A stretch of 64,000 nucleotides of DNA from Eledone cirrhosa (lineage: Eukaryota). The notes under the pieces were generated by a model, which was not told the origin of the DNA, made no database searches, and worked only from the letters and a program-made list of their open reading frames with translations. The DNA is taken from the NCBI GenBank assembly GCA_964016885.1, contig OZ024751.1, forward strand, positions 558,001-622,000. The letters are read 5' to 3'. Shown here piece by piece: positions 38,121-50,779 of the stretch (its first letter is position 1; the number at the start of each line of letters is the position of its first letter). The position numbers were made by a program, and so were the translations under genes.

Positions 38121-39217
38121 TGCTTAATCCAACTCTGGCTAAAGGTCATTAATCACAGCTAAAACAAGATATTCAAATATTGAAAGGGAAACCTTGGCAA
38201 TTGTATGGAGTACTCAAAGAGCACACCATTTTCTGCTTAACCAAAAATTTTAATTGGTTTCATGTTTTAGGGCTCTGGGATTTGTTTTTAAACTGAACCA
38301 GTTCCAAATTTATTGCATCTATTTGATCAGTGGATCTACTAGAAACAACAGCCAAAGATACGTACATACATCCACACACACATATACTATAGAAATACAC
38401 ACACACACACATATATACTCATATATATATATATATACTCACACATACATAGTTGCAAACACACACACATATATATATATATATTAAAATTGAGTGAGAA
38501 AAAATTCAATTTTGAGATTATATATATATAATATATATATATATTATATGTAGAAGAGATATGACTTTCCAGGGATAACTTGAACCGTTAAGGTATATAT
38601 CTTTGGTCATGTCAAATATTTATAAAACATTTTGTATTTTATCTGATGATAGCGTACCAAAACTTTTGGTACCCTTAAATATATATAATAGAATAAATAT
38701 GGTTTTATAAATATAGTTTCCATTTATTTAATATCATTGTATATATATTATATATATAATATATATATATATCTGTGTTTGTCTTTTTCAATCTTGATAT
38801 ATGTACGTATACACAGGTGTGGATGTGTGTGTGGCTTTTCTGAATTTCCTAGCTGCATTTTCCCAGCTGACTTTTCCCATCAAAATTTTCGCAGCCGACA
38901 TTTATCATCCGCTGTTCTCTCCTAGCGAAACCATCTTATTTTGTCCAGGTAAAGTCAGGGATGATAAGTTTTTATTTGATGTTTAATTAAGGCAATATAA
39001 TAATAAATTATGTTTGTAGACAGTTGAAAAAAAAAAGGCTGTAAATATTCGGAATTATCATTTATTTATTGAGAAATTTAAGTGATATTTCTAAAGTTAA
39101 ACATTCGGTTTCCTTGCTTTCATTTTTTTAATAGTAATATTTGCGTTTTAATTCTAAAAAACAAAACAAAGCATTTGAATATATTATATTTAGGATTAAC
39201 ACTTTTCATGTTGGAAT

Positions 39218-39652
39218 ATGAATAACAACATTTCGTATATCACAAGTATTAGGGGAAAGAAAAAAGCTTGCAACGATGGTTATATCTATGGTTTCGAGAA
39301 GAAAAGTAAGAAAGACGACCAACTGTATTTTTATGTATGTGAAAGACACAGATACGAGCAATGCCCGGCCAGAATACACGTGAAGTACGATATGATTGTT
39401 AAACGATCGCACCAACATACTCACGTTAGGCGTACACCAACTAGGGCTATAGAATTCGAACGTCAGATCAGAGAACGAGCTGCGAGCATGGTGCCCAGGA
39501 AAAAGATCAATAAACCAGCTTTTGTTGCAGTAATAATATCACCTGTACGTACAATCACTCTTTATTTTGTTTGTACTGCTTGTTATAAACATGAATACCT
39601 TCCTCCACATCTCTCTCTATATATATTAGAAAGTGAACAACACAATATATAA
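39218..39652 (+). CDS. FLYWCH zinc-finger ORF (unit D), open
   Basis: ITSIRGKKKACNDGYIYGFEK..YFYVCERHRYEQCPARIH..HQHTH..QIRERA; possible 5'UTR intron 38949-39193; possible weak phase-0 donor at 39529. Confidence 0.75.
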   Translation: MNNNISYITSIRGKKKACNDGYIYGFEKKSKKDDQLYFYVCERHRYEQCPARIHVKYDMIVKRSHQHTHVRRTPTRAIEFERQIRERAASMVPRKKINKPAFVAVIISPVRTITLYFVCTACYKHEYLPPHLSLYILESEQHNI

Positions 39653-39655
39653 CTA

Positions 39656-39723
39656 CTCCATTACCAAATGTTTCAGGACCCTAGACAGTATTAATATTTG
39701 TCTAGATCGTTCATCAGACAGAG
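39656..39723 (-). ncRNA. Type I hammerhead ribozyme motif inside an inverted-repeat element
   Basis: CTCTGT-CTGATGA-stem II (CTAGACA..TGTCTAG)-GAAA-CATTTGG-TA-ATGGAG; flanked by inverted ATATATAACTACTCCATTACCA arms. Confidence 0.55.
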
Positions 39724-39869
39724 ATGTTAAGAATAGAAAATATGAAAGGAGATGGTAATGGAGTAGTTATATATTATGTTGTTCACTTTCTAATTAAATA
39801 GCTCTGTTCTATACATAGAGCACTCTTTTTTCTTTTGCTTTTTCTTCGGAATTACCTAACACACACACA

Positions 39870-40110
39870 CATCATCATCATTTTACGTCCGCTTTTCCCT
39901 GCTTGCAAGGGTGGGACGGGTCCTATTCAGCACAGCATCTCTCTACTTGTCACGGTCCTTCGTCATCTCTTCCGTGATTATCAGCTATCTCAGGTCTGCT
40001 CTCACCACCGCCGCCCATGTTTTTCGTGGTCTTCCTCTACTACGTCTTCCTTCTACTGGGATTTCTTGGCACTTCTTTACCCAGCGATCACCCTCCATGC
40101 GCATCACATG
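39870..40110 (-). mobile_element. RTE LINE 3' end
   Basis: Reverse complement of 42680-42905 type end with (GAT)n tail. Confidence 0.8.
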
Positions 40111-40896
40111 GGATGTGGGGGTATATATACACATGAGGGCGGTGGGTTCGCAGAGTCATTTCGTTAGAATTTCGGACAATATTATTCCGGCTCTTTACTA
40201 TCTATCTATCTGTCTGTCGTTCTGTCTATCTAGCTGTCTGTCGCTCTGTCTATGTATCTGTTTGTCTGTCTATCCGCCCGTAAATATGATGATAAACATA
40301 TAATATACGTGCGGCTGTGATACTTTTGGCTGGGAAATTGATCGGTGTGAAAATACTGCTGGGAAATGTTACATATAAATGTTGAAGTGTATATGTGTAA
40401 CCAGGGAGTTTAATAAACTCCCAGTCCTTATGTTAGTATGCACGTGTGTGTGTATATATAAATTTAGGTAAAAATAACAAGTGGAAAAGTAGGTAAAAAT
40501 GACACAAGTGGTAGTAGCAGTAGTGGTAGCCGTAGTCCTAGTAATAGTAGCAGTGGTTGTTGTGGTAGTAGTAGCAGTGGTGTTGGTGGTTCCCAATAGT
40601 GTATGTTTCAATAAACATACTTTTTATCTTTTCCCAGCTGCTGTTTAATTACAAGTGTTAACCTTGCCCCCCCCCCCCCCCCCCGTCACAGAATTCCCAA
40701 AGGAATTAATTCTTTGGCCCTAAAGCCTTAATACCCCTTTCTCTTTCTGCCAATTCCTTTGTACCATTTTTTTTATAAACGAAATCATTTGTACTCCAGG
40801 CACAAAAGTGTGATGACGTTAAGAAGCTTAAAAAACATTTGAAATATATTAATTCTTTTTTGAAGTTTTTAGCTTATAATTTGTAATAACCTCATC

Positions 40897-41275
40897 ATGG
40901 AAGTCATATTAAGTAATAAAGGAAAAGAGATTTGCTTCCAAGGATACATGTATACAAAACAGATTGTAAGATCAACTACTATCAGATGGAGATATGTTAA
41001 GAGAACATCTTTTTGTAAAGGTACCATGACCCTGATATGACTGATCTGGAACCAGCTAAAAACCACAACCACGCTCCTGATTATGCAGCTATTTTAGCCA
41101 CAAAGTGCATCAAAAACATGAAGAGAAAAGCAGCAGAAACAGAAGATCAACCTAACCAGAATTACAGCAATAACCTGGATGCCTTACCAGCTGAAGCAAA
41201 GGTGTTAATTCCAAGTGAGGAAACCTATAAAGAGAAACTTGTGTAACCAAAGATCAAAACTCTATCCACAAGTAC
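40897..41275 (+). pseudogene. FLYWCH/MULE transposase N-terminus (unit E), frameshifted
   Basis: MEVILSNKGKEICFQGYMYTK..IRWRYVKRTSFCKGTM (fs) NHNHAPD..IKNMKRKAAETEDQP..LIPSEETYK (fs) RNLCNQR; first Cys replaced by Tyr; acceptor TTTTTAG 24 nt before ATG. Confidence 0.75.
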
Positions 41276-41409
41276 TACTACCACCACTACCTCTACTTCT
41301 ACCTCCAGCCCCACCACTTCCACCACAACCAAAACTTGTGCCATTTTTACCATTGCAAGCAGGGAAAAGTGGACGTAAAATGATGATGATGATGATGATA
41401 TAAATTAAT

Positions 41410-42910
41410 CAGGCTAAATATGGCGGTGTCATACCCAAAGACTGGTGCAGCAGTATTCTCATAAATTGCTACAAAGATAAAAGGGATGCTCTCGAGAGGA
41501 GCAATTATAGGGGCATAAAACTGATGGATCAGGTTATGAAAGTGGCAGAACGGATATTAGCGCAACTAATTAGGGAAAGGGTCAAACTCGATGAGATGCA
41601 GTTTGGTATTGTGCCTGGGAAAAGTACAACAGATGCCCTCTTCTTAGTGAGACAACTACAAGAGAGGTTCTTAGAGAAGAATAAGCCACTATACTTAGCT
41701 TTTGTTGACCTAGAGAAGGCCTTTGATAGGGTACTCCGATCTGTCATCTGGTGGTCCCTAAGGAAACTAGGTGTGGAGGAATAGCTTGTGAGGACAGTGC
41801 AAGCTCTGTACAGAGGTGCTGTCAGTAAAGTGAGAGTAGGAATGGAGTTTAATGAGGAATTCCAGATACAAGTAGGAGTACATCAGGGTTCAGTCCTCAG
41901 CCCGCTCTTGTTCATTATAGTCCTCCAAGCCATAACAGAGGAGTTTAAGACAGGCTGCCCATGGGAACTTCTCTATGCTGATGATCTGGTTCTTATAGCA
42001 GAGAATAAAGAGAATAAATTATGGCTATGGAAACAGCAGTTGGAATTAAGAGGACTGAGAGTGAACCTAGCTAAGACAAAAGTGTTGATGAGTAGAAAAG
42101 AGGACAAAACTCTGATTCCGTCAGGGAAATGGCCATGTTCGATATGCAGAAAAGGAACTGGCATAAATTCTATAAAATGTACACAATGCAGATCTTGGGT
42201 ACACAAGAGATGTAGTGGGATAGCAGGCAAACTAACAGTAGGGAAAAATATGTATGCAGTAGATGTACAGGGAAATTAGACGGTAGAAGTCGCATTGATA
42301 GACACATTTTTCCAATGCAGATGGGTTCTATAGAATTGGTTGATAACTTCTGGTACCTAGGTGATTAGATTGGCATGGGAGGCGGGTGTTCAGAGGCCAT
42401 AGTATCTAGAATAAGGACGGGTTGGAAGAAGTTTAGGGAGCTGCTTCCTCTGCTGACGAAGAAGGGTTTCTCCCTGCGTACAAAAGGTCGGTTATATGAT
42501 GCCTGTGTGAGGTGCACGATGCTGCATTGGTAGTGAGACATGGGCAGCAACTGCAGAGGATATGCGACGGCTGGAGAGAAATGAGGCAAGCATGCTCCGT
42601 TGGATGTGTTGAGAGAGAAACTGTGTTTAAAAGGGATAAGTTGTAGTGTGCGGGAGAGTAGACTGCGATGGTATGGACATGCGATGCGCATGGAGGATGA
42701 CTGCTGGGTAAAGAAGTGCCAGTTGAAGGAAGACGCAGTAGAGGAAAACCACGGAAAGCATGGGCGGAGGTGGTGAGAACAGACCTCAGATCGCTGAAGC
42801 TCACGGTGGAGATGACGAAGGACCGTGACAAGTGGAGAGTAGCTGTGCTGAATAGGACCCGTCCCACCCTTGCAAGCAGGGAAAAGTGGACGTAAAATGA
42901 TGATGATGAT
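41410..42910 (+). mobile_element. RTE LINE, 5' truncated, disrupted
   Basis: AFVDLEKAFDRV, GVHQGSVLSPLLF, LLYADDLV, PHD-like finger, RLRWYGH, (GAT)n tail. Confidence 0.92.
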
Positions 42911-43032
42911 ATATATATGTATATATATATTTGCTCTATGGTTCTTATATATTTGATATATATTTATCCTTATCGAGCCCTCTTTGGATTTTAGGCTTCA
43001 CATTTATTATTATTAATATTATATATGTATAT

Positions 43033-43390
43033 ATCATCATCATCATTTTACGTCTGCTTGCAAGGGTGGGACGGGAACTGATTCTGGCTTGATTTCTACA
43101 GTTGGATGCCCTTCATAACACCAACCTCATTTACACTGAGTGGTGTGTGCTTTTTTCCGTGGCGCCTACGTGGGCTGGGTGCTTTTTTGCCGTGACACCT
43201 CCATGACCACTTTGCAGTGGAATGATAGGGACCCCAGTCCTATCACCTCATTTCCACAGCTGAGTAAACTGGAGCAATGTGAAATAAAGTGTCTTGCTCA
43301 AGGAAACAACGCATCACACGGTCTGAGAATTGAACTCACAACCTTTCGATTGCAAGGCCAATGCTCTAACCACTAAGCCATGCCCCTTCA
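43033..43390 (-). mobile_element. tRNA-derived SINE family 2
   Basis: Minus head TGGCTTAGTGGTTAGAGC..GAGTTCAATTC; RTE-type tail. Confidence 0.85.
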
Positions 43391-43469
43391 CATATATATA
43401 TATATTATCATCATCATCATCATATATATATATATATCATCATCATATATATGCCTCCATATATATATG

Positions 43470-43541
<72 letters not shown>

Positions 43542-43774
43542 TTCCGTAGAAAAGGTAAAGGAATCAAGAGTGCTCTATGTATAGTACAGAGCTATTTAAT
43601 TATGTAATAAACAACACAATGCAATTATTCAATTTACCAAAGGTTTCACAAAGACAGGCAACGTCAATAAAGGCGTCCGAAGTCATTCAATGTATATATA
43701 TATGTGTGTATATATATGTGTATATATATGTGTATATATATGTATATATATATGTGTGTATATGTATATATATT

Positions 43775-44577
43775 GGCCGCTAAAGGTTTCTCCTTAAAAA
43801 TGAAAGGCAGACTGTATGATGCCTGCATACGAACAGCAATGTTACATGGCAGTGAGACGTGGGCATTGTGTGTAGAGGAACGAAGCTTGCATGCTCCGTT
43901 GGATGTGTAATAGTAATATACGCGAACGGCAAAGCATAAATGAACTAAGTGAGAAATTAGGAATAAGAGGGAACAGATGCTGTTTGCTCGAGAGAAGACT
44001 ACGTTGGTATGGTCACATGATGCGCATGAAAGACGATAGCTGTATAAAAAAGTGCAGGGCGATTAAAATAGATGGAAGTTATGGAGTAGGCAGACCCAGA
44101 AAAACCTGGGACGATTTGATAAATTCCGACCTTACACACTTACACCTCTCCAAGACAATGTCACTGGACCGAGATCTTTGGCACCACGCAGTAATACAGA
44201 AGACCCGCCTTGCCTAAGTACAAAGCGAAACCTACAGTCAGTAGGCTCCTCCTAACCAAAAATACACCCCCACCCCATCTACACCTAAAGTTATGTCGGT
44301 GCCACAACATCCAGTCGTAAATAAATGAGGTCGTGTAGGTGTCACGACAAAAAACACACAGTCCACGCTGCAATGTGGCTGTGTACGTAACACGGTAAAA
44401 ACCTCCCAGTCCACACTGCAAACGAGGTTGGTGTTAGAAGGGCATCCAGCCGTAGAAAACCCGCCAGGCAGTGCTATACGAGCAAGACAACCAATCTTGC
44501 TTCAAGTGGGACAATTCCCATCTAAACCCATGCTAACGTGGAAGATAGACATTAAACGACGATGATGATGATGATGT
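43775..44577 (+). mobile_element. RTE LINE 3' portion
   Basis: KGRLYDACIRTAMLHGSETW, RRLRWYGH, GRPRKTW; 3'UTR and (GAT)n tail. Confidence 0.9.
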
Positions 44578-44761
44578 ATATATATTCAGAATTAGCCGTC
44601 GAAACGGCTTGAGCTCAGCCGTCGGGGTCCTACTCGTTCCTATCACCCACTCTACTACCCTAAGTATTGAGTACTTTGGTGCGTTATGGTCCATCTGGTT
44701 CCTTATCACATTCTCTTCGTTATATATATATATATATATATATGTATATTTAATATAGAAA

Positions 44762-44812
44762 AGCTTCTACAGGACTAGAACTGTTTCATTCTGGAGAAAT
44801 CATCAGGAAGCC
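44762..44812 (-). ncRNA. Type I hammerhead ribozyme motif
   Basis: GGCTTC-CTGATGA-TTTCTCCAGAAT-GAAA-CAG..CTG-TA-GAAGC; homolog at 56087-56137 with CTAATGA. Confidence 0.7.
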
Positions 44813-45660
44813 GACTGTCCAAGTAATATGGTGGTATTTATATCTTTTCTAGTGGTAGGAGAGGATGGTGATTGGGATGGGTGGAGGTCATTCATTGATG
44901 GGTTTAAAGAAATGGGAATTCTTTAAAAACTATATTTAGAATAACAAAGGCAGAAAGAATGATTTAGATAGGTTCATTCTGGGGGTGCCACTCCTGATTT
45001 TTAAGGTTCACTTAAGCTAACAATGTCTTTGGTCAGGTGTCTACAAGCACATTTACACACACATATAGAGCTCTCACTCCCACCCACTCACAAAAACATA
45101 CACTCTTATACCTATATATATATGTACACAAACACACATATATATATAACTTGCCATTGAACCACACTTGCGTACGGTCGGACTATACTTGTATCCCTAT
45201 GTGTATTATTTACATGTAGGAACACATACTTTTATTATTATTCTTCCCAACGGTAGAGAAACCTTTGGTCATTTGAACGGCTGCTATTTTTGATAACGAG
45301 AGATTGACCTGTCCACCTTGCTTTCAGTCTTTGTACACGGTACTAGAAAAAATTGTTTTATCATTCATTTGTTGGGGCAGTTTTGTACGGCGCCAGTTTG
45401 TAATTTGAACTCGGGAATCTGATATTCTCCGAGAGAGAAAAGCCTTCTGACGCGGATCTTTTTTTCAATGGAAATCCACTTGGATTATCTATTTGTTTTG
45501 GGATCTGAAACCGTGGTAAAGGCACATATAGTAAGTACAGTGAATTCTTTGAAATTTATTTTAAAATTTTTTCTTTATTTGCTTTTCCTTGATTTTATAT
45601 ATATATATATATTATAGAATGCCGTTAGCTTCTTGCTAAAACAATCTCTATACCTCTCAT

Positions 45661-45696
<36 letters not shown>

Positions 45697-45700
<4 letters not shown>

Positions 45701-45876
45701 GTTTCTACTTTTGGCACAAGGCCAGTAATTACCCAGTCAATTACTGGTACTTTATTTGATCGACCCACGTAAGGATGAAAGGCAAAATTAACCTCGACGG
45801 GATTTGAACTCAAACCGTAAAGGGACGTAACTATGCCAGAAAGCATGCCGTCCGACCCTCTACCGATACTGCCAAT
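45697..45876 (-). mobile_element. SINE family 1
   Basis: Full head, core and tail on minus strand. Confidence 0.85.
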
Positions 45877-46238
45877 TCACGGACTCAGCATATTTATCAA
45901 TGCCAGGACCGGTTGTATCTCAGCGTACTCAATAGATAATGTAGGATACATTCCCAGAGTATACACATAGTTATTCGCTTCAATACAACACATGTAAAAC
46001 GGGTGCCTATAATAGTTCCCGGACTCGAGTTTCTGCCGCACTAATGCAGCAGTAAGGTGCACTGCACCATCCGTCTGCATATATTATGCAACAATGCACA
46101 ATCGGCTTATGCGGCTTCACCAGCGGGTATCGCCTAATCAATAACCAATCGATCGACAGAATCCAAACTCCAGTCCATGCCGGTCATGACTGTTTGCAAG
46201 CAGGGAAAAGCAGATGTAAAACGATGATGATGATGGTG

Positions 46239-46295
<57 letters not shown>

Positions 46296-46325
46296 TGATG
46301 ATGATGATGATATATATATATGATG

Positions 46326-46356
<31 letters not shown>

Positions 46357-46513
46357 TTTTCATTCTGAGGATTGAAAGCAAAACCTTTTGCTTTTAAGAA
46401 ACCACTGGTAAATGGAATAATTGCCTTATGTTGTTTATTACATAATAATAATAATTAAGCTCTGTTGCCTACATAGAGCACTCTTTTTTCCTGGACTTTT
46501 CCGATGGAATTAC

Positions 46514-46601
<88 letters not shown>

Positions 46602-46604
<3 letters not shown>

Positions 46605-47032
46605 AGGCACATGGCTTAGTGGTTAGAGCATGGGCTTTGCAATCGAATGGTTGTGAGTTCAATTCTCAGACCGGGTGATGTGTTGTTTCCTTGAGCAAGA
46701 CACTTTATTTCACATTGCTCCAATTTACTCACCTGAGATGATAGGACTGGGGTCCCTATCATTCCACTGCAAAGTGGTCGTGGAGGTTCCACGGCAAAAA
46801 AGCACCCAGCCCACACTGTAAAGTGGACATGTAGGCGCCACGGAAAAAAAGCACCCACCACTCAGTGTAAATGAGGTTGGTGTTATGAAGGGCATCCAAC
46901 TGTAGAAATCAAGCCAGAAAAGGAAATCAAGCAAGACAAGGTCAGCCGACTGGACACTGCCCACAACAGAACAACCCGTCTAACCCCTGCTAGCATGGAA
47001 GAACGGACGTAAAACGGTGATGATGATGATGA
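46602..47032 (+). mobile_element. SINE family 2, full length
   Basis: GGAGGCACATGGCTTAGTGGTTAGAGC (A box), GTGAGTTCAATTC (B box), tail GGACGTAAAACGGT(GAT)n. Confidence 0.88.
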
Positions 47033-47292
47033 TATATACATATATATATATATAAGTTAAAACAATGAAAAAAAAATTCAAGTCATTACAAATATACTTC
47101 ACTGCTTTACGATTGTTTCTAGGTGATGATAATACATCGTAACCATACTTCGTTATCGATCTATGTAAGGTTAGTTACAAAATATCAGATAAGGAAAATA
47201 TTTACTTACATGTATATCACCAGCTGTTGTCAAAATTTTGCTTTACATGGCTGAATACAATAAATGTAATCTGAGTTTTTCGAATATTAATA

Positions 47293-47480
47293 CTTGTTTC
47301 TACGTTAGGCACAAGGCCAGCAATTACCCAGTACATTACTGGTACTTTATTTTATCGACCCCGTAAGGATGAAAGGCAAAGTCAACCTCGGCGGGATTTG
47401 AACTCAGATCGTAAAGGGACGTAACTATGCTGGAAAGCATGGCGTCCGACCCTCTACCGATACTGCCAATCCACCGCCAC
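47293..47480 (-). mobile_element. SINE family 1, full length with TSD
   Basis: 13-bp TSD TCGAATATTAATA at 47280-47292 and 47481-47493. Confidence 0.92.
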
Positions 47481-47694
47481 TCGAATATTAATAATAACAT
47501 TCGATTCATTTGCAATTATGCAAACATCGTCAATTTTAAAGCCATGCCGGTAGAATGAACCCTTCATTCTTGCTCCTGTGTTGGCATGTAAACAGAACTG
47601 CTGACACTAATGTTTCTGGTATCACCAATCAGTTACTATATTTTAGAAAATAGCATATATTTTCACTAGCTCTGACAGTTGGCAGGTGAACAGT

Positions 47695-47744
47695 GAGCTG
47701 TACTGATGAAGGGTGATACCCAGAAACAGTAGTGTCTGCAGTTC
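47695..47744 (+). ncRNA. Canonical type I hammerhead ribozyme motif, GUC cleavage triplet
   Basis: GAGCTGTA-CTGATGA-A-GGGT-GAT-ACCC-A-GAAA-CA-GTAG-TG-TC-TGCAGTTC; 8-bp stem I. Confidence 0.78.
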
Positions 47745-47909
47745 TGTTTACATGCCAACACAAGAGCATGAATGAGGGGCTCATTCTACTAACATGGCTT
47801 TAAAAATGAGGCTTGTTTGCATAACTGTAAACAAATTGAATATTATTATTAATATTCGAAAAACTCAGATTACATTTATTGTATTCAGCCATGTAGAGCT
47901 AAATTTTTC

Positions 47910-48912
47910 TTTTTGTTGTTTTTTTTCGTTGTTTTCTCTTTTCTTCCCTTTTCCCTTCTATTTTCCTTCCCTCCCTCCTCCATTTTCCCAATAACTTACC
48001 CAGTTATTGAACGCACTGGGGGTAGATATCTTGTCTTTAATGCGTAGAAATATCGGAGACCCCCAGCAGACAACTGATGAGGAAAACTCTCCCTCCCCCT
48101 GTTCTTATTCTCATTTTAAGCTACCTTAACTAGCAACTACACAGCCATTCCTATTCTCCATATATTTTATCATGTTTTGCTGTGACCCGTCTTCTACCTA
48201 CCTATTTCGGTACTATCTTATCTTACCCCTCTTTCTTCCTCTCCCTCTCACTTTCACTCATCATCTCTCTGCTTGCCACCTCATTGTTTCCCTCGCCTGA
48301 CCCTCTAGCATAGCAGTCCTTTTCTCACTTACACTCGCTGGGGTCAGATGTGTCTTTTCGCTCGCCCACACGCTCTTGAACTTAAGTTCTCTTACCGCTG
48401 TAGTCTTGGACTTTCGTACCTTAATTTGCTCGCACATTGCTCGGTTTGTTGTTTTTTTTCGCTGTTTTCTCTTTTCTTCTCTTTTCCCTTCTATTTTCTT
48501 TCCCTTCCTCTTTTGTTTTCCCAATAACTTACCCAGTTATTGAACGCTCTGGGGGTAGATATCATGTCTTTAAAGCGTGGAAATATCCGAGACCCCCAGT
48601 AGACAACTGATGAGGAAAGCCCTCCCCCCCGTTCTTGCTTTTTTTTTTATTCTCACTCCATTTTAAGCTACCTTAACCCCTTAATGTTCAAATCAGCCAA
48701 AATTCTCTACCTTTTTCTATTGAAGCTGGTTGTAACTGGTCACTCAAACTGATGTTAAGGTATTGTTCTCAAAATAAATACTTTCAAAATCTCATAGATT
48801 CGATATTATGTGAGATAAAGCCTTTACTATGAAAATATAATAGTATATATAGAGAAATGTGAATGTTAAAGGGTTAACTAGCAACTACACAGCCAATCCT
48901 ATTCTCCATATA
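47910..48912. repeat. Direct repeat of about 255 bp (47910-48165; 48445-48912, the latter with MITE insert)
   Basis: Both copies contain CCCAATAACTTACCCAGTTATTGAACGC..CAACTGATGAGGAAA..CTAGCAACTACACAGCC. Confidence 0.85.
48677..48873. mobile_element. piggyBac-type MITE (197 bp)
   Basis: TTAA TSD both sides, CCC..GGG termini; empty site CCTTAACTAGC present in paralogous copy near 48126. Confidence 0.88.
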
Positions 48913-48949
48913 TATATAAACAAATATATAAGTATGAATATATATATAT

Positions 48950-50260
48950 ATGACAACTACAGGATAAGTACCTAGCTAACAGTAAACCCCTATACTTAGC
49001 TTTTGTTGACTTGAAGAAAGCCTTTGACAGAGTACCCCGCTCGATTATCTGGTGGGCCCTTAGAAAACTAGGTGTTGATGAATGGCTTGTGAGAGCTATA
49101 CAAGCCATGTATAAAGAAACAGTCAGCAAGGTTAGAATTAACAACGAATATAGTGAAGAGTTTAGCGTAAAAGTTGGTGTTCATCAGGGCTCCGTCCTTA
49201 GCCCCCTCCTATTTATTATTGCCCTTCAGGCTATAACAGAGGAGTTCAAGACCGGCTGCCCATGGGAACTCCTATATGCAGATGATCTAACGCTCGTAGC
49301 TGAATCAATGGCTGAACTAGAGAAGAAATTCCAAACATGGAAGCATGGCCTAGAATCAAAAGGCTTTAAAGTTAACTTGTCTAAGACTAAAATTCTAGTT
49401 TGTAGGAAGGAAAATAGGGCACCGGTCCCATCTGGGAAATGGCCATGCTCAGTGTGTAGGAAAGGAGTAGGTAGAAACTCTATTTTATGTCCCAAATGCA
49501 AAGTATGGGTACATAAAAGATGTAGTGGGATCACAGGTAAGCTAACTAAGAATATAGATTTTATTTGTGGCCGGTGCTCTGGTGCAATAAGTAGCAGCAA
49601 GTGCCCACAGAATACTAACTCATTCCATTGCACAGATGGTTCTATAGAAATAGTGGATAGCTTCCGTTACCTGGGTGACAAAATCAGCAGTGGGGGAGGG
49701 TGCTCTGAAAGTACAGTAGCTAGAGTCAAAACGGGATGGAAAAAGTTCAGAGAGCTTATACCACTATTGGCCGCTAAAGGGTTCTCTCTAAAAATGAAAG
49801 GTAGGCTGTATGATGCCTGCATACGAACAGCAATGTTACATGGCAGTGAGACCTGGGCATTGTGTGCAGAGGATATACGCAGACTGGAGAGAAACGAAGC
49901 TTACATGCTCCGCTAGATGTGTAATAGTAATATACGTGAACGGCAAAGCATAAACGAACTAAGGGAGAAATTAGGAATAAGAGGGATCAGATGTTGTTTA
50001 CTCGAGAGAAGACTACGTTGGTATGGTCACGTGATGCGCATGAAAGACGACAGCTGTATAAAAAAGTGCAGGGCAATAAAAATAGACGGTAGCCACGGTG
50101 TAGGCAGACCCAGAAAAACCTGGGACGACTTGATAAATTCTGACCTCACACACTTACACCTCTCCAAGACAATGTCACTGGACCGAGATCTTTGGCGCTA
50201 CACAGTAATGCAGAAGACCCGCCTTACCTAAGTGCAAAGTGAAACCTACTACACTCAGTA
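48950..50260 (+). mobile_element. RTE LINE RT region, nearly intact frame (one stop at 49914)
   Basis: ORFs 49011-49916 and 49917-50231: KAFDRVPR, HQGSVLSP, YADD, PHD-like finger, FRYLG, GRPRKTW. Confidence 0.95.
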
Positions 50261-50274
50261 GGCACTTCTAACAA

Positions 50275-50762
50275 AATACACTCCTGCAGGACTAAAAACA
50301 AAACCTGTCAAAGGGCAAAGGAGCTGTTAAGAATCAATGGCCATCCAAAATCACCGGGAGAGATGACCCCTTAGCCTTTGTCAAGGCAGAATTCTAGGAG
50401 AAGGAAAACTCTGATATAACACCTGCATCCCTGACGGTATCCAATGATGTTGACTTGTTCTTCTTTTTGGTAAATATCTTGGTTAAGAGAGTGGGACTGG
50501 CTTTGTGCAGTGCCTTTGCTCACTATAAAAGATTCACGGCACAGGCATTGCTTTATATCTGGAGATCTCTCTGCACTTGTCGTCACATGGTACCATGGGC
50601 CCAGCACTATGTGTCAATAATTGTCACAAGTGTAGTGTTTGTACCAGAGTTTTCAAGTCGCTGGCTGGACTAAAAAGTCACACTCGTTCAGCGCATCGGT
50701 AGGAGTTCTCCTACATGGATATAAAGTAGTGGCCGTACTCGAAAACGAGTTGGCAACCACCA
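50275..50762 (+). mobile_element. Non-coding interspersed repeat resembling an RTE 5' leader
   Basis: Homologous at both ends to the reverse complement of 61362-61780; contains CTAGGAGAAGGAAAACTC. Confidence 0.55.
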
Positions 50763-50779
50763 TATATATATATATATAT

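Noticed and set aside
46602-46675. tRNA gene
   Set aside because: The tRNA-like head continues into a SINE body and RTE-type tail and is repeated; no clean acceptor stem
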